Shown one piece after another: positions 41,453-52,885 of a DNA stretch of 64,000 nt. The position numbers and the translations under genes are program-made. The notes under the pieces were generated by a model. The model was not told where the DNA came from and made no database searches. It saw nothing but the letters and a program-made list of their open reading frames with translations. The stretch is from assembly GCA_963668645.2 (NCBI GenBank), contig CAXXWC010000021.1:1184001-1248000 (forward strand), given 5' to 3'. The DNA comes from Desulfobacterales bacterium. GTDB lineage: Bacteria; Desulfobacterota; Desulfobacteria; Desulfobacterales; UBA2174. How positions within the stretch are numbered: position 1 is the stretch's first letter; each line of letters opens with the position of its first letter.

Positions 41453-42646
41453 CTACTCGATGATTTCACTGACAACGCCGGCGCCCACGGTGCGGCCACC
41501 CTCGCGGACGGCGAATCGCAGCTCTTTTTCCATCGCGATCGGGGTAATCAACGCCCCCTCGACGGTCACGTTGTCGCCCGGCATCACCATCTCCACGCCC
41601 TCGGGTAGCGTCACCACCCCGGTTACGTCCGTCGTGCGAAAATAAAACTGCGGCCGGTAACCAGTGAAAAACGGCGTGTGACGGCCTCCCTCTTCCTTGC
41701 TCAAAACGTACACCTCGGCCTTGAATTTCGTGTGCGGCGTGATCGAGCCGGGCTGCGCCACCACCTGTCCGCGCTCTACCTCGTCACGCTTCGTGCCGCG
41801 AAGCAGCACCCCGATGTTGTCGCCCGCCTGCCCCTCGTCGAGCAGCTTGCGAAACATCTCCACGCCCGTGCACACCGTCTTGGCCGTCGGGCGAATCCCG
41901 ACGATCTCCACGTTCTCGCCAACCCGGATGATCCCGCGCTCCACACGACCCGTGACCACCGTCCCACGACCCGATATCGAAAACACGTCCTCGATCGGCA
42001 TCAAAAACGGCTTGTCAATGTCACGCTGCGGCTCCGGGATATAGCTGTCGATGGCGTCCATCAGCTCGAATATGCACTTGGCCGCCTCGTCGTCCGGACT
42101 GTCCGCCTCCAGCGCCTTTAACGCGCTGCCGCGGATGATCGGCGTGTCGTCGCCCGGAAACTCGTACTTGTCCAGAAGCTCTCGAAGCTCAAGCTCCACC
42201 AGCTCGATCAGCTCCTCGTCGTCCACCATGTCGCACTTGTTCAAGAACACCACGATCCGCGGCACACCCACCTGACGCGCCAGCAGGATGTGCTCCCGCG
42301 TCTGGGGCATCGGACCGTCATCGGCCCCCACCACCAGGATCGCACCGTCCATCTGCGCCGCACCGGTGATCATGTTCTTGATGTAGTCCGCGTGACCCGG
42401 GCAGTCCACGTGCGCATAATGACGATTGGCCGTCTCGTACTCCACATGCGCCGTGGCGATGGTGATCCCGCGCGCCTTTTCCTCCGGCGCCTTGTCGATC
42501 TGATCGAACGGCACGTAATTCGCCTGACCCTTGAGACCCAACTGCTTGGTGATCGCTGCGGTCAGCGTCGTCTTGCCGTGGTCGATGTGCCCGATGGTCC
42601 CCACATTGACATGCGGCTTCTTCCTCTGAAACTTTTCCTTCGCCAT
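41453..42646 (-). CDS. tuf: Elongation factor Tu (tRNA-operon copy)
   Basis: Protein identical to the 26824..28017 copy. Confidence 0.99.
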   Translation of the reverse strand: MAKEKFQRKKPHVNVGTIGHIDHGKTTLTAAITKQLGLKGQANYVPFDQIDKAPEEKARGITIATAHVEYETANRHYAHVDCPGHADYIKNMITGAAQMDGAILVVGADDGPMPQTREHILLARQVGVPRIVVFLNKCDMVDDEELIELVELELRELLDKYEFPGDDTPIIRGSALKALEADSPDDEAAKCIFELMDAIDSYIPEPQRDIDKPFLMPIEDVFSISGRGTVVTGRVERGIIRVGENVEIVGIRPTAKTVCTGVEMFRKLLDEGQAGDNIGVLLRGTKRDEVERGQVVAQPGSITPHTKFKAEVYVLSKEEGGRHTPFFTGYRPQFYFRTTDVTGVVTLPEGVEMVMPGDNVTVEGALITPIAMEKELRFAVREGGRTVGAGVVSEIIE

Positions 42647-42787
42647 CTTCCCGTCCTCCAGCTCCTCGTTGGAATTTTGGAAAATATGTCCGGTGGTACC
42701 GAATCAGGCACCAAATGGCCCGGTTGCCGGTCCTTTTTCCCAATCCTGGGATAGACCCGGCTGCCGGGTTGCAACGGAAAAAAGGTC

Positions 42788-42864
42788 TGGAGCCCACGAC
42801 CGGAATCGAACCGGTGAACCTCTTCCTTACCAAGGAAGCGCTCTACCTGCTGAGCTACGTGGGC
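42788..42864 (-). tRNA. tRNA-Thr(GGT)
   Basis: GCCCACG...CTTCC-TTGGTAA-GGAAG...GTTCGATTC...GTGGGCTCCA. Confidence 0.95.
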
Positions 42865-42930
42865 TTACATCCGTCAGTGAAGGATTGACCGGCGATGACT
42901 GAAAACGCGCGGCATTGCAGTGGAATGGGT

Positions 42931-43006
<76 letters not shown>

Positions 43007-43163
43007 TTCGGCGACCGGGACTGCGGCCGTCCATGTCTGGTTCCATCCCCACCGCCGCCGGCCTCGCATCGAGACCTTGCGGCGGCTAAAAGCCACGTAG
43101 TGCATCGCGATACCGGCAACCGGTGCCGACATCTCCTACCGACAGCTTCCTTACGGGTTGTAG

Positions 43164-43248
43164 TGGTGGTGGGGGGAGGATTTGAACCTCCGAAGGCATC
43201 GCCGACAGATTTACAGTCTGTTCCCTTTGACCGCTCGGGAACCCCACC
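43164..43248 (-). tRNA. tRNA-Tyr(GTA)
   Basis: GGTGGGG...ACAGA-CTGTAAA-TCTGT, long variable arm, ...CCCCACCACCA, 85 nt. Confidence 0.96.
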
Positions 43249-43323
43249 ACATTTATATAGCGTCCACCAGCCACCCGGCTTTCTCACCCGGCTGGCCAGC
43301 CACGGATCGCCCCTTTCACCGAC

Positions 43324-43399
43324 TGGAGCCAGAGACAGGAATCGAACCCGCGACCCGCTGATTACAAATCAGCCGCTCTACCGACTGAGCTACTCTGGC
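43324..43399 (-). tRNA. tRNA-Thr(TGT)
   Basis: GCCAGAG...GCTGA-TTTGTAA-TCAGC...GTTCGATTC...CTCTGGCTCCA. Confidence 0.96.
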
Positions 43400-43471
43400 C
43401 CGGCTGCACCAGGGTGTCGACGCACGGGCCGTCGACAGTGGCGACCGTTCCGTCACCACACAGAATCAGAG

Positions 43472-43510
43472 TCTTTAACTTCTCTTTGGATCGAATGCAA
43501 GCCTTTTTTT
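43472..43510 (-). promoter_or_regulatory. Putative sigma70 promoter of the tRNA-tuf operon
   Basis: A-tract, then TTGCAT-N17-TAAAGA on the minus strand about 70 nt upstream of tRNA-Thr. Confidence 0.4.
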
Positions 43511-43798
43511 CCAAAGTTAGAAAAAAGATAGAGATGGACGATAAACCTCAACATCATGTAAAATGATTTGATCCAATATCGCTGCTTACACGCCTTTGGG
43601 TCCGAGTTTGCGCGCTCGAGCCGCCGGGTCGGGTATCATGGAAGGCTGGCGCAGGTCAACACCTTATACCATCGAAAAGACCGAATGCGGGATCAACGCT
43701 CATCCCTTGACAGTCTTGTCACTCTTGTGTAATCGAAACGGAACAATCGGGACGGCAAGACCTGCCAGTATTTCAAAAACTCAACTCAAGGGGAAGCT

Positions 43799-45583
43799 TT
43801 GCCCTTCATTCGCACGCTTTTTTTGATTATCTTTTTGGGCTGGACCGTTTCCGCATGCAGCACCACGCCAACAGCCCCCGAAGATCTTGCCTCCGTTGAT
43901 GAAACAACCGATTCCACCGCCCATAGCGGGGCCGGCATCGAACGGCCGGTCCCGGCCCAGCGCACCGATAGTCGCCAGCCAGCCCAGGGTCAGGCGATGG
44001 CAGCGGCCCGCCCGGGGCGCCAGGCCCTTCTTGACGAGGCCCTCGATCTTTGCCAGACCGCCCAGGATTTTTGGCAAAAAGGCGACCAGGAAAGCGCCCT
44101 TGAGGCGCTGGACAAAGCCTACGCCTTGATCTTGCAAGCCGATGGCGAAAACGACCCCAAACTGATGCAGCAAAAAGAGGACCTGCGCTTTACCATCGCC
44201 AAACGCATCCTGGAGATCCACGCCTCACGCTACATCGTGGTCAGTGGCCAGCACCGGGCCATCCCGCTGGTGCACAACCGGCATGTGGACGCCGAAATCG
44301 AAAGCCTTACCGGTCCCGAGCGCAATTTTTTCATCGCTGCTCTCCAGCGCAGCGGCCGCTACCGGCCACGGATCCAGGCCGCGCTGCGCCAGGCCGGACT
44401 GCCCGAATCGCTATCCTGGCTGCCGTTGATCGAAAGCGGATTCAAGGTCAACGCCCTCTCGCCGGCCCGTGCACTGGGACTATGGCAATTCATCCCTTCT
44501 ACGGGATACAAGTTCGGGCTCAACCGCGACACCTACATCGACGAACGCCTCGACCCGGACAAATCCACCGCCGCTGCAGTCGCCTATCTTACCGAACTGC
44601 ACAGCATCTTCGGCGACTGGACCACCGTTCTGGCCGCCTACAACTGTGGCGAGGGAAGGGTACTGCGCACCATCCGCAGCCAGAACATCAACTACCTGGA
44701 CAATTTCTGGGATCTGTACGAGCGCTTGCCGGCCGAAACGGCCCGTTATGTACCGCGTTTTCTAGCCACCTTGCACATCGTGCAAAACCTTAAGGATTAC
44801 GGCCTGGACGAGGTTAAAACCGATACGTCGATAGACTTCGAGACCGTCGAAATCTCCCGCCAGGCCACGTTGAAGGACATCGCCGCCGCCATCTCCACAG
44901 ACGAGCAGCAACTACGGTTACTCAATCCGGAGCTGCGCCACCGCATCACCCCTGGGGACGGATACGTACTCAAGGTGCCACCGGGCCGCACCCAGACACT
45001 GCTGGCGGTCATCGATGAGATTCCCCGGGCCAGTCGAATCGTTGCCGCAGGATTCGTCCGCTACCGCGTCAGGCCCGGTGACACTCTGTCAACCATCGCC
45101 CGGCGCTACCGCACCAGCGTCAGTGCCATCATGCGGGCCAACCGTTTGCGCCGCAGCGACCACATCGTGGCCGGCCATACCATCAAGGTGCCCACCCGGG
45201 CCGGAGCCGGAGAAACCCTCGCTTCTGCCTCCTCCGGGAGCCTGGACACCGGCAGCTCCGATGTTTCGCAGACCGTTGCCCATACCGTGGCCAGCGGCGA
45301 TTCGCTCTGGAACCTGGCCCGCAGCTACGGCACCACGGTTCAGAAAATCCAGACGGCCAACAAGTTGTCCGGCACTCGCCTGGACATCGGCCAGGCCCTA
45401 GTCATCCCGGTACACGGGCAGTCGGCCGCCTCCTCCTCTTCCAAGGTCTACCAGGTTAAGAAAGGGGATACGCCCTTTATGATCGCCAACCGGTACAAGA
45501 TGCCCCTGGAGCGCCTGCTGCGGATCAACCGCCTCACGCCCCGCTGCACCATCTATCCCGGTCAGCGGTTGCACATCGAATAG
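43799..45583 (+). CDS. mltD: Membrane-bound lytic murein transglycosylase D-like lipoprotein (SLT + three LysM)
   Basis: Lipobox VSAC; IES, A.GLWQF, AAYNCGEG, ET..YVPR; three LysM repeats (V..GDTL/GDSL/GDTP). Confidence 0.9.
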   Translation: MPFIRTLFLIIFLGWTVSACSTTPTAPEDLASVDETTDSTAHSGAGIERPVPAQRTDSRQPAQGQAMAAARPGRQALLDEALDLCQTAQDFWQKGDQESALEALDKAYALILQADGENDPKLMQQKEDLRFTIAKRILEIHASRYIVVSGQHRAIPLVHNRHVDAEIESLTGPERNFFIAALQRSGRYRPRIQAALRQAGLPESLSWLPLIESGFKVNALSPARALGLWQFIPSTGYKFGLNRDTYIDERLDPDKSTAAAVAYLTELHSIFGDWTTVLAAYNCGEGRVLRTIRSQNINYLDNFWDLYERLPAETARYVPRFLATLHIVQNLKDYGLDEVKTDTSIDFETVEISRQATLKDIAAAISTDEQQLRLLNPELRHRITPGDGYVLKVPPGRTQTLLAVIDEIPRASRIVAAGFVRYRVRPGDTLSTIARRYRTSVSAIMRANRLRRSDHIVAGHTIKVPTRAGAGETLASASSGSLDTGSSDVSQTVAHTVASGDSLWNLARSYGTTVQKIQTANKLSGTRLDIGQALVIPVHGQSAASSSSKVYQVKKGDTPFMIANRYKMPLERLLRINRLTPRCTIYPGQRLHIE

Positions 45584-45603
45584 CCGCCCGCCAGAAGATC
45601 GCC

Positions 45604-45679
45604 GCCCCCGTAGCTCAGTGGATAGAGCAATGGATTCCTAATCCATGTGCCGCGTGTTCGATTCACGCCGGGGGCACCA
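45604..45679 (+). tRNA. tRNA-Arg(CCT)
   Basis: GCCCCCG...ATGGA-TTCCTAA-TCCAT...GTTCGATTC...CGGGGGCACCA. Confidence 0.95.
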
Positions 45680-45777
45680 ATTTTTGCGAAGCCCGAGAAC
45701 GGCAATTTCGAATCTCGAAAAAACAGACCCGCAAAATACAGAACCAAATTCCAAGCAAGACGCAAACGCCGATATTT

Positions 45778-46592
45778 GATGCCTTCGTAAAAAATCCCCG
45801 CTGTCTAACATGCTAAAAAATATGCATAAAAATATTTAGAACCTGTTGACAAAATCACCTCTTTATGGCAATATTTTTAACAAATCCGACACGTTGCCAT
45901 GAGGAAAGCATAATTCGAATAAAAGACCGAAAACAGCAACATTTGTTCGACCCGTGGCAGTTTCTCAGTCCCAAACGCCGGAAATCCTCGAACAGGGGTG
46001 GCCCGGGTTTTTCCGCAATCACATCCTTGACCAATTGTCTGTGGAAAAACTCGCTTTGCTTTTTCCCAGCGATCAGGGTCGTCCAACCAAGGAACTGAAT
46101 ACCGTTCTCGGTGCGCTGGCCTTACAGCAAACCTATGACCTGACAGACCGTGAAACGTGCGAGCAACTGGCGCTTAACCTCCAATGGCACTATGCGCTGG
46201 ACCTGTACGAAGAAAGCGACGAGGCCAAGTACATCTGCCCAAAGACCCTGTGGAACATGCGTATTCTGGGCCACCGAGCTGAGACTGGAAAACGATCTGT
46301 TTGATACCGTAGCTGCCAACCTGGCCGAAATGTTCAACGTCGATACCCGTCTGCAGCGCCAGGATTCGGTTCACATCCGTTCCAACATGGCCCGGGGCTC
46401 GGGCGCATCGGGATTTTCGTCAAAGGCATCGATCGGTTCCTGGTCAACCTCAAACGCCACCACCCGATCCTGTACGGCCGGATCGATGAGGAACTGATCC
46501 AGCGTTACCATGGCGAAAAGGCCAGGCAGTGTTTTGCCGGAGTTAAGCCGTCGGAGTCCAAAAGGATTTTATCCGAGGTAGCCGGTGACCTG
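45778..46592 (+). pseudogene. Truncated, frameshifted DDE transposase with left IS end
   Basis: Probable end GATGCCTTCGTAAAAAATCC; RBS GAGGAAAG followed by ATA (likely a mutated ATG) at 45910; IRIKDRKQQHLFDPW / GRPTKEL...QWHYAL / QRQDSVHIRSNM lie in different frames; cut off at ~46592. Confidence 0.75.
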
Positions 46593-46903
46593 TATCGAGA
46601 GCAGCATGTGTACATGGTCTTTCATCAGGTGTCCTTCGAGCACCTCGCTCTCCCGGGCTTTGGCCAATTCTCGAAAAACCTCGCCAAGGTACCTGCGTAC
46701 TTGGCCGTATAACGTCTTCTTGCGATATTTGGGAATCCAGACCACATGGTATTTGCATCCCCAACGGCTGTGGGTTAGGCTTAAACTGTTGTCCATGAAA
46801 GCCTCTCCTTTGTGAATTTGAGCGGTTCACATCTGGAGGGGCTTTCACTTGCTCCCGTAAATGTCAAACACTACTGAGTCCCCCGGCATAGCCGGGGGTT
46901 TAC
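46592..46903 (-). mobile_element. tnpA: IS200/IS605 family relic: 5' half of tnpA plus end hairpins
   Basis: HSRWGCKYHVVWIPKYRKK...DHVHMLLSI (HUH motif), then truncation; hairpin CCCCGGC-ATA-GCCGGGG at ~46881-46897 and GAAAGCCTCTCC/GGAGGGGCTTTC inverted repeat. Confidence 0.85.
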
Positions 46904-46959
46904 CTAAGGGCAATTACACGGATTGATGGCCAAAAACAGCCTCTGCTTTTTCCGCCTTT

Positions 46960-48060
46960 CTACAAAACCCCTTGCCTCCGCGTCGCGCCCCGTTTGGCCA
47001 CCAGTTCCTCCATCCAATCCGGATGGTCCAGATACCAGCGCACCGTCTTGAGGATTCCGGTCTCGAAGGTCTCCCGGGGCATCCATCCCAGTTCGTCGCA
47101 GATCCGGTTCGCATCGATGGCATAGCGCCGGTCGTGGCCCGGCCGGTCGGGCACATGGGTGATCAGACGGTGGTACCCGCCCGGTGCCCCGCTAGGACGC
47201 ATCAGCTCCAGGACGTCGCAAAGCAGGCCGACAATCTCGATATTGGCCCGCTCATTGTGCCCGCCCACGTTGTAAGTGTGCCCCGGCACCCCGCGGCGTA
47301 CGATGCACTCGATGGCCCGGCAGTGGTCTTCCACATAAAGCCAATCCCGGATCTGGCGCCCGTCGCCGTAAACCGGCAGGGGCTTTGCCGCCAGAGCGTT
47401 AGCGATCATCAGGGGGATGAGTTTTTCCGGAAAGTGGTAAGGGCCGTAGTTGTTGCTGCAGTTGGAAATCGTCACCGGCATGCCGTAGGTGCGGTGCCAG
47501 GCGCGCACCAGGTGGTCGGAGCCGGCCTTGCTGGCACTGTATGGGCTGCTCGGGTCGTATGGGGTGGTTTCGCTAAACAGGCCGCTCGGCCCGAGGCTGC
47601 CGTAAACCTCGTCGGTGCTCACGTGATGAAAGCGCACATCTTTCCGATCCTGCCAGGCCCGGCGCGCAGCCAGCAGCAGCACCGCCGTGCCGAGCACGTT
47701 GGTGCGCACGAAGTCCAGCGGATCATCGATGGAACGGTCCACGTGGCTTTCTGCGGCCAGATGAATCACCGTGTCCACTTCATGGCGGCTGAAAAGAGCC
47801 GTTATGGCCGGCTCATCGGCAATGTCGGCCTGGATAAAGGAGTAGCGGCCGGGATAGGCCTGCTCGACCCCACGCAGGTTGGCCGGATTGCCGGCATAGG
47901 TCAGGGCATCGACGTTGATCAGATGGAGGCTCGGATCGGCGGCCAAAAGGTAATGGACCAGATTCGATCCGATAAACCCGGCCCCGCCGGTGATCATCAC
48001 CACGCGGGGAGTGTGCCGGATCGGGGCTAAGGGTTTACCGGGAGCAATATCAGGCTGCAT
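46960..48060 (-). CDS. rfbB: dTDP-glucose 4,6-dehydratase
   Basis: [42 protein letters not shown]. Confidence 0.96.
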   Translation of the reverse strand: MQPDIAPGKPLAPIRHTPRVVMITGGAGFIGSNLVHYLLAADPSLHLINVDALTYAGNPANLRGVEQAYPGRYSFIQADIADEPAITALFSRHEVDTVIHLAAESHVDRSIDDPLDFVRTNVLGTAVLLLAARRAWQDRKDVRFHHVSTDEVYGSLGPSGLFSETTPYDPSSPYSASKAGSDHLVRAWHRTYGMPVTISNCSNNYGPYHFPEKLIPLMIANALAAKPLPVYGDGRQIRDWLYVEDHCRAIECIVRRGVPGHTYNVGGHNERANIEIVGLLCDVLELMRPSGAPGGYHRLITHVPDRPGHDRRYAIDANRICDELGWMPRETFETGILKTVRWYLDHPDWMEELVAKRGATRRQGVL

Positions 48061-48124
48061 ATCTCAAATACCTCTTGAAGGCTCAAATCCGAATTTCGAT
48101 ATTCGAACTTGCCTTCTTCCATCC

Positions 48125-49003
48125 TCAAAACGCTTCCTGGTACCGCAGCATCTCCATCAGATAGCGCCCATAAGCGTTGTTTTTCATCGGTTCGGCCAGC
48201 CGTTCGACCTGGGCTTCGTCAATGTATCCCTTGCGATAGGCGATCTCCTCGACGCAGGCGATCTTGAGCCCCTGGCGCTCTTCAATGGTCTGGATAAAGG
48301 TCGAGGCCTGCATCAGGCTCTCGTGGGTACCGGTATCCAGCCAGGCGATGCCGCGGCCGAGTTTTTCCACCGCCAGGGTCCCGGCGCTCAGATAGGCGCG
48401 GTTGATGTCGGTGATCTCCAATTCCCCGCGGGCCGAGGGCTTAAGCCCGGCGGCGATTTCCACCACCTGGCGGTCGTAAAAATAGAGTCCGGTCACGGCG
48501 TAGTTGGACTTGGGGGCAACCGGCTTTTCCTCGATATCGGTGGCACGGCCCCGCCGATCGAAGCTCACCACCCCGTAGCGCTGCGGATCGCGCACCCAGT
48601 AGCCGAATACCGTGGCGCCTTGTTCGCGCTGCCGCGCGGCCTTGAGTTTCTCGGTCAGGCCATGGCCATAAAAAATATTGTCTCCCAGAACCAGGCACAC
48701 CGGACCGTCGTTTACAAACCGGCGGCCGATGACAAAGGCTTGGGCCAGCCCCTCGGGCCGCGGCTGCTCGGCGTATTCGAACGACATGCCCCACTGGCTG
48801 CCATCGCCCAGCAGGCGGCGGAACAAGGGCAGGTCATGTGGGGTGGAGATCACCAGGACCTCACGGATCTCGGCCAGCATCAGCACCGAGAGCGGATAGT
48901 AGATCATCGGCTTGTCGTAGACCGGCAGCAGCTGCTTGCTGATCACCCGGCTGATGGGATAGAGCCGGGTGCCGGAGCCGCCGGCCAGGATGATGCCTTT
49001 CAT
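48125..49003 (-). CDS. rfbA: Glucose-1-phosphate thymidylyltransferase
   Basis: [36 protein letters not shown]. Confidence 0.97.
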   Translation of the reverse strand: MKGIILAGGSGTRLYPISRVISKQLLPVYDKPMIYYPLSVLMLAEIREVLVISTPHDLPLFRRLLGDGSQWGMSFEYAEQPRPEGLAQAFVIGRRFVNDGPVCLVLGDNIFYGHGLTEKLKAARQREQGATVFGYWVRDPQRYGVVSFDRRGRATDIEEKPVAPKSNYAVTGLYFYDRQVVEIAAGLKPSARGELEITDINRAYLSAGTLAVEKLGRGIAWLDTGTHESLMQASTFIQTIEERQGLKIACVEEIAYRKGYIDEAQVERLAEPMKNNAYGRYLMEMLRYQEAF

Positions 49004-49044
49004 GGGTCAGCCTCGATGGGCGCCCGCGGCGCATTCAGTAGTTA

Positions 49045-49186
49045 GTGTCCGTCCATAAAGGGTGATTTTTGGTTTCTGGCAGGGCCCGAGCTAGTTTTCA
49101 ACCGGAGCAATAGCCCGCTATTGCGAAGATTGGAGACGAGCCAGAACGCCGCCGGGGGCCGAAAGGTGCCGTTTATGGATGGACAA
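49045..49186. mobile_element. 142-bp MITE with 15-bp terminal inverted repeats and 6-bp target duplication TAGTTA
   Basis: TAGTTA|GTGTCCGTCCATAAA ... TTTATGGATGGACAA|TAGTTA; internal hairpin GCAATAGC-CC-GCTATTGC. Confidence 0.8.
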
Positions 49187-49357
49187 TAGTTAAGGTTTCA
49201 AATTTATAGCTCAATTCAGAGCAAATTCCAAATAACAGCAAAGGCAAGAAGATTAAAGGCCAAAAATTCTCCCCGGAGGGGTAACCCCATCCGCCTTCGG
49301 CGCGTGTCAATGGGAATGAGACACCGTGTGGGTGTTGTGATCAAGTAAAAACGGACA

Positions 49358-49660
49358 TTGGACGGACGGGGCCGCTGTCAGGATAAGATCTTTATTGAAG
49401 GACTGTGGTGGACACTGAAATACGACTACATCTACCTACACGCTTTTGACAACGAAAACGAACTTCGCCGGGGGCTCGATAAGTGGTTCTCGTTTTACAA
49501 CCAAGAGCGCCCTTATCAAAAACTTTACGGCAGAACACCAGCTGATGTTTATTACGGTTTGCCTGCCACCATGGCTGTGGCTGCCTGATGTCCGGCTACC
49601 AGAACCGGCTTGGTGCTTATTCTACCAACCAGGCTGTCCAAACAATTGGGTCCACCGCCA
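49358..49660 (+). pseudogene. IS3-family transposase C-terminal fragment with probable right end
   Basis: DGRGRCQDKIFIEGLWWTLKY...FYNQERPYQKL..RTPA (integrase core 3); end-like CTGTCCAAACAATTGGGTCCACCGC. Confidence 0.75.
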
Positions 49661-49705
49661 ACCCTAACCCGGAAATTACTGGTCCTTTTTAGATCTTAAT
49701 AGCTA

Positions 49706-51376
49706 GTGTCCATCCGCGGCCGTAACTATCCGGCCGGCATAAAAAAAGCGCATTTTGTGCTGGAGTTTCGAGGCTGAGTGTAGTATAAACGATGTCGCCA
49801 AACAACCGTAAATACTAACAAAGCCGAGAAAAGGACCAACACAAAATGCGCGAAAAATGGCAACGCCAAATGCCCCTGATGCCCGAGATCGCCAGCCACA
49901 TCCAAGCCCAAGAGCTCGAAGCCATCTCCGGCATCCTGGACAGCAAACCTATCATCACCGAGTTCGTGCTGCAAGATCTTTGCAAGCGGCGCCGTGTTGT
50001 CAGCCGTGCCGGGGCAAAAGGCATGAGCGCCGAGCAGGTGCTGCGAGCGGCCGTGGTGATGAGGCTCCACGAGTTGACCTACCAGGACCTGGCTTTTCAT
50101 CTGGTCGACAGCCAGAGTATCCGGCGTTTTTGCCGTATCGGCATTGCCGACAAGGGGTTCAAAAAGTCGGTGCTCAACAAAAACATCAAGGCCCTGTCGG
50201 ATCAGACCTGGGAGGCGATCAACCTTGAAGTGCTCGGTTATGCCAAACAAAACAAGATCGAAAAAGGCCGTGTGGCACGTATCGATTGTACGGTTGTCGA
50301 AAGCAATATCCACGCGCCCAGTGATTCGAGCCTGCTGTATGATTGTGTCCGGGTGCTGAGCCGGTTGCAGCAAAGGGTCCGGGATCTTGGCCTGGGCCGA
50401 TTTGGATACCACGATCACCGCCGGGTGGCCAAACGGCGCATGGTCAAAATTCAGTACGCCCGCAGCAAAAATGAACGTCGTGGGGCCTATGTCGATCTTC
50501 TCAAGTACACGGCAAAGTCGTTGGCTTCGGCCCGGCGCGCTATCGAACGGCTCAAGACGGTCGGTGCTGACAACCTGACCGCGCTGGGCCTGTTTTTTGA
50601 ATTGGAACGCTACGTTGCACTGACTGAAAAGGTCATCGCGCAGACCCAGCGCCGCGTCATCAAAGGAGAGAAGGTTCCGGCCTCGGAAAAGCTCGTGTCG
50701 ATTTTCGAGGAGCATACCGACATCATCGTCAAGGACCGGCGCGACACATTTTTCGGTCACAAGATATGTCTGACCGGAGGCCGTTCGAACCTGATTCTCG
50801 ATTGTCAGATCGTGGAAGGCAACCCGGCCGATGTGACCTTGACCCAGACGATGCTCGATCGGCAAGAAAAGATTTACGGGCGCTGCCCGCTCAAAGTTGC
50901 ACTGGACGGAGGGTTTGCTTCCAAGGCGAATTTGAAGGCCGCCAAGGACAAGGGAATCAAAGACGTCTGTTTTGCCAAAAAGCGCGGCCTGGACCCGGAG
51001 AAGATGTGCCGCAGCCCGTATGTGTACAGGCGCCTTCGTCGCTTCCGGGCCGGCATCGAGGCGGGCATATCCTGGCTCAAGCGCAGCCTGGGGCTGGATC
51101 GGTGCATTTGGAAAGGATGGCGATCGTTCCAGAGTTATGTTTGGGCGTCGATCGTTTCGGCCAACCTGCTTACGATTGCCCGCAAACAGTTGGCCTGACG
51201 GTACGGCACCCGTTCGATACGTAAAGCCAACAGGTGAGGTGTTCCCGGATTTTAGGGTGAATGGTAACATTTACTGTTAAGGGCTTGTTTTTTGCTAAAT
51301 TCTTTCGAGATTATTCGCCTGCCGCCTCTTTGCAGGGTCCTCGGGCGGCTGATTTTGGCGATTTATGGACGGAAAC
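49706..51376 (+). mobile_element. Apparently intact 1671-bp insertion sequence (ISNCY-like DDE) with 6-bp target duplication TAGCTA
   Basis: TAGCTA|GTGTCCATCC ... ATTTATGGACGGAAAC|TAGCTA flanking a single transposase ORF. Confidence 0.85.
49846..51198 (+). CDS. DDE transposase (ISNCY-like, IS4/IS5 clan)
   Basis: RIDCTVVESNIH.P.D, EKLVSIFE.HT, DGGFAS, RAGIEAGISWLKR (D-D-E). Confidence 0.9.
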   Translation: MREKWQRQMPLMPEIASHIQAQELEAISGILDSKPIITEFVLQDLCKRRRVVSRAGAKGMSAEQVLRAAVVMRLHELTYQDLAFHLVDSQSIRRFCRIGIADKGFKKSVLNKNIKALSDQTWEAINLEVLGYAKQNKIEKGRVARIDCTVVESNIHAPSDSSLLYDCVRVLSRLQQRVRDLGLGRFGYHDHRRVAKRRMVKIQYARSKNERRGAYVDLLKYTAKSLASARRAIERLKTVGADNLTALGLFFELERYVALTEKVIAQTQRRVIKGEKVPASEKLVSIFEEHTDIIVKDRRDTFFGHKICLTGGRSNLILDCQIVEGNPADVTLTQTMLDRQEKIYGRCPLKVALDGGFASKANLKAAKDKGIKDVCFAKKRGLDPEKMCRSPYVYRRLRRFRAGIEAGISWLKRSLGLDRCIWKGWRSFQSYVWASIVSANLLTIARKQLA

Positions 51377-51673
51377 TAGCTATAAGAGATGCGCCGACCA
51401 AGGTTCACAACCGTCACACATTTATGATGAAACGATGACAACACCCTTCTCTGAGCTGCTGCATAGCCTTAGCTGAAAGCTGATTCGTCGCCTTTTTCGA
51501 ATAAAAGGAAAGAGTCGGATTTCTCCGAAAATTGGTGGGATTACATGTACTGAAAAGCCAAAATACCCTATCGGCACAGGTTATCAGGCTCACACGAATT
51601 TAGTGCAAACGAATTTAAATTTCAGAATCTTAGAATCCAGACATAAAGATAATCTCTCTTAAAAGCTCATCCC

Positions 51674-52789
51674 TTAAAGACCACTGTCCAAACAAAGCCG
51701 GTCTCGGAACGCCAGCCGCAGATCTGCCCGCACCATATCCTTGACAAGATCATCGAAGCCGATCCGCGGTGCCCAGCCGAGCTTTTCCCGTGCCTTGGCC
51801 GCATCGCCGAGCAGGGTATCCACCTCGGTGGGCCGGAAATAGCGTGGATCGATCCGCACGATGGTCTGGCCCTCGATGGCTGCCAGGCAGCCGGGCGGAT
51901 CCTTGACCAGGCCGGTTTCCTCGACCGCCGTTATAATGCCCTCCTCTGCCGCACCGTTGCCCCGCCACTGGATCGTCATGCCGAGCTCGGTTGCCACCGC
52001 TTCTATAAAGGCGCGCACTGTATGCTGGCATCCGGTGGCGATGACATAGTCATCGGGCTTTTCCTGCTGGAGCATGAGCCACTGCATCTCCACGTAATCG
52101 CGGGCATGGCCCCAGTCGCGCTCGGCATCCAGGTTGCCCAGGAAGAGGCAGCCCTGCAATCCGAGGCGGATCCGGGTCAGGGCACGGGTGATCTTGCGAG
52201 TAACGAAGGTCTCACCGCGTATCGGCGACTCGTGGTTGAACAAAATCCCGTTGCAGGCATATATTCCGTAAGCTTCCCGGTAGTTGATAGTGATCCAGTA
52301 GGCGTAAAGCTTGGCTGCTGCGTAGGGCGATCGCGGGTAGAAGGGCGTCGTCTCACACTGGGGGATCTGCTGCACCCTGCCGAACAGCTCTGAAGTCGAC
52401 GCCTGGTAAAAGCGGGTCTTTTGCGTCATTTTCAGGATGCGGATACCTTCCAAAAGACGCAAAGCTCCCAGCCCGTCTACGTTGGCGGTATATTCTGGCT
52501 GTTCGAAAGAAACCGCCACATGGCTCTGGGCCCCGAGGTTGTATATCTCGTCGGGCTGAACGGCCTGCATGATGCGAATCAGGTTGGTGGCATCGGTCAA
52601 ATCCCCATAGTGCAAAAAGAGACGCCGCTTCGGATCATGGGGCCCCTGGTATAGATGGTCGATGCGTTCGGTGTTGAACGATGACGAACGCCGCTTGATG
52701 CCGTGAACTTCATAGCCTTTGGCCAACAGCAGGCCGGCCAGATAGGCACCGTCTTGGCCAGTAATGCCGGTAATGAGCGCTTTTTTCAT
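51674..52789 (-). CDS. gmd: GDP-mannose 4,6-dehydratase
   Basis: [47 protein letters not shown]. Confidence 0.97.
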   Translation of the reverse strand: MKKALITGITGQDGAYLAGLLLAKGYEVHGIKRRSSSFNTERIDHLYQGPHDPKRRLFLHYGDLTDATNLIRIMQAVQPDEIYNLGAQSHVAVSFEQPEYTANVDGLGALRLLEGIRILKMTQKTRFYQASTSELFGRVQQIPQCETTPFYPRSPYAAAKLYAYWITINYREAYGIYACNGILFNHESPIRGETFVTRKITRALTRIRLGLQGCLFLGNLDAERDWGHARDYVEMQWLMLQQEKPDDYVIATGCQHTVRAFIEAVATELGMTIQWRGNGAAEEGIITAVEETGLVKDPPGCLAAIEGQTIVRIDPRYFRPTEVDTLLGDAAKAREKLGWAPRIGFDDLVKDMVRADLRLAFRDRLCLDSGL

Positions 52790-52885
52790 AATCTCCGTTC
52801 GGTCTCTCTGTGCAAAAGCGGTTAAATGCCTTCTTGTCTTCCTTCCTTTTGATTCATGCCACCCATGGACCTTCGCAGCCCAAGG

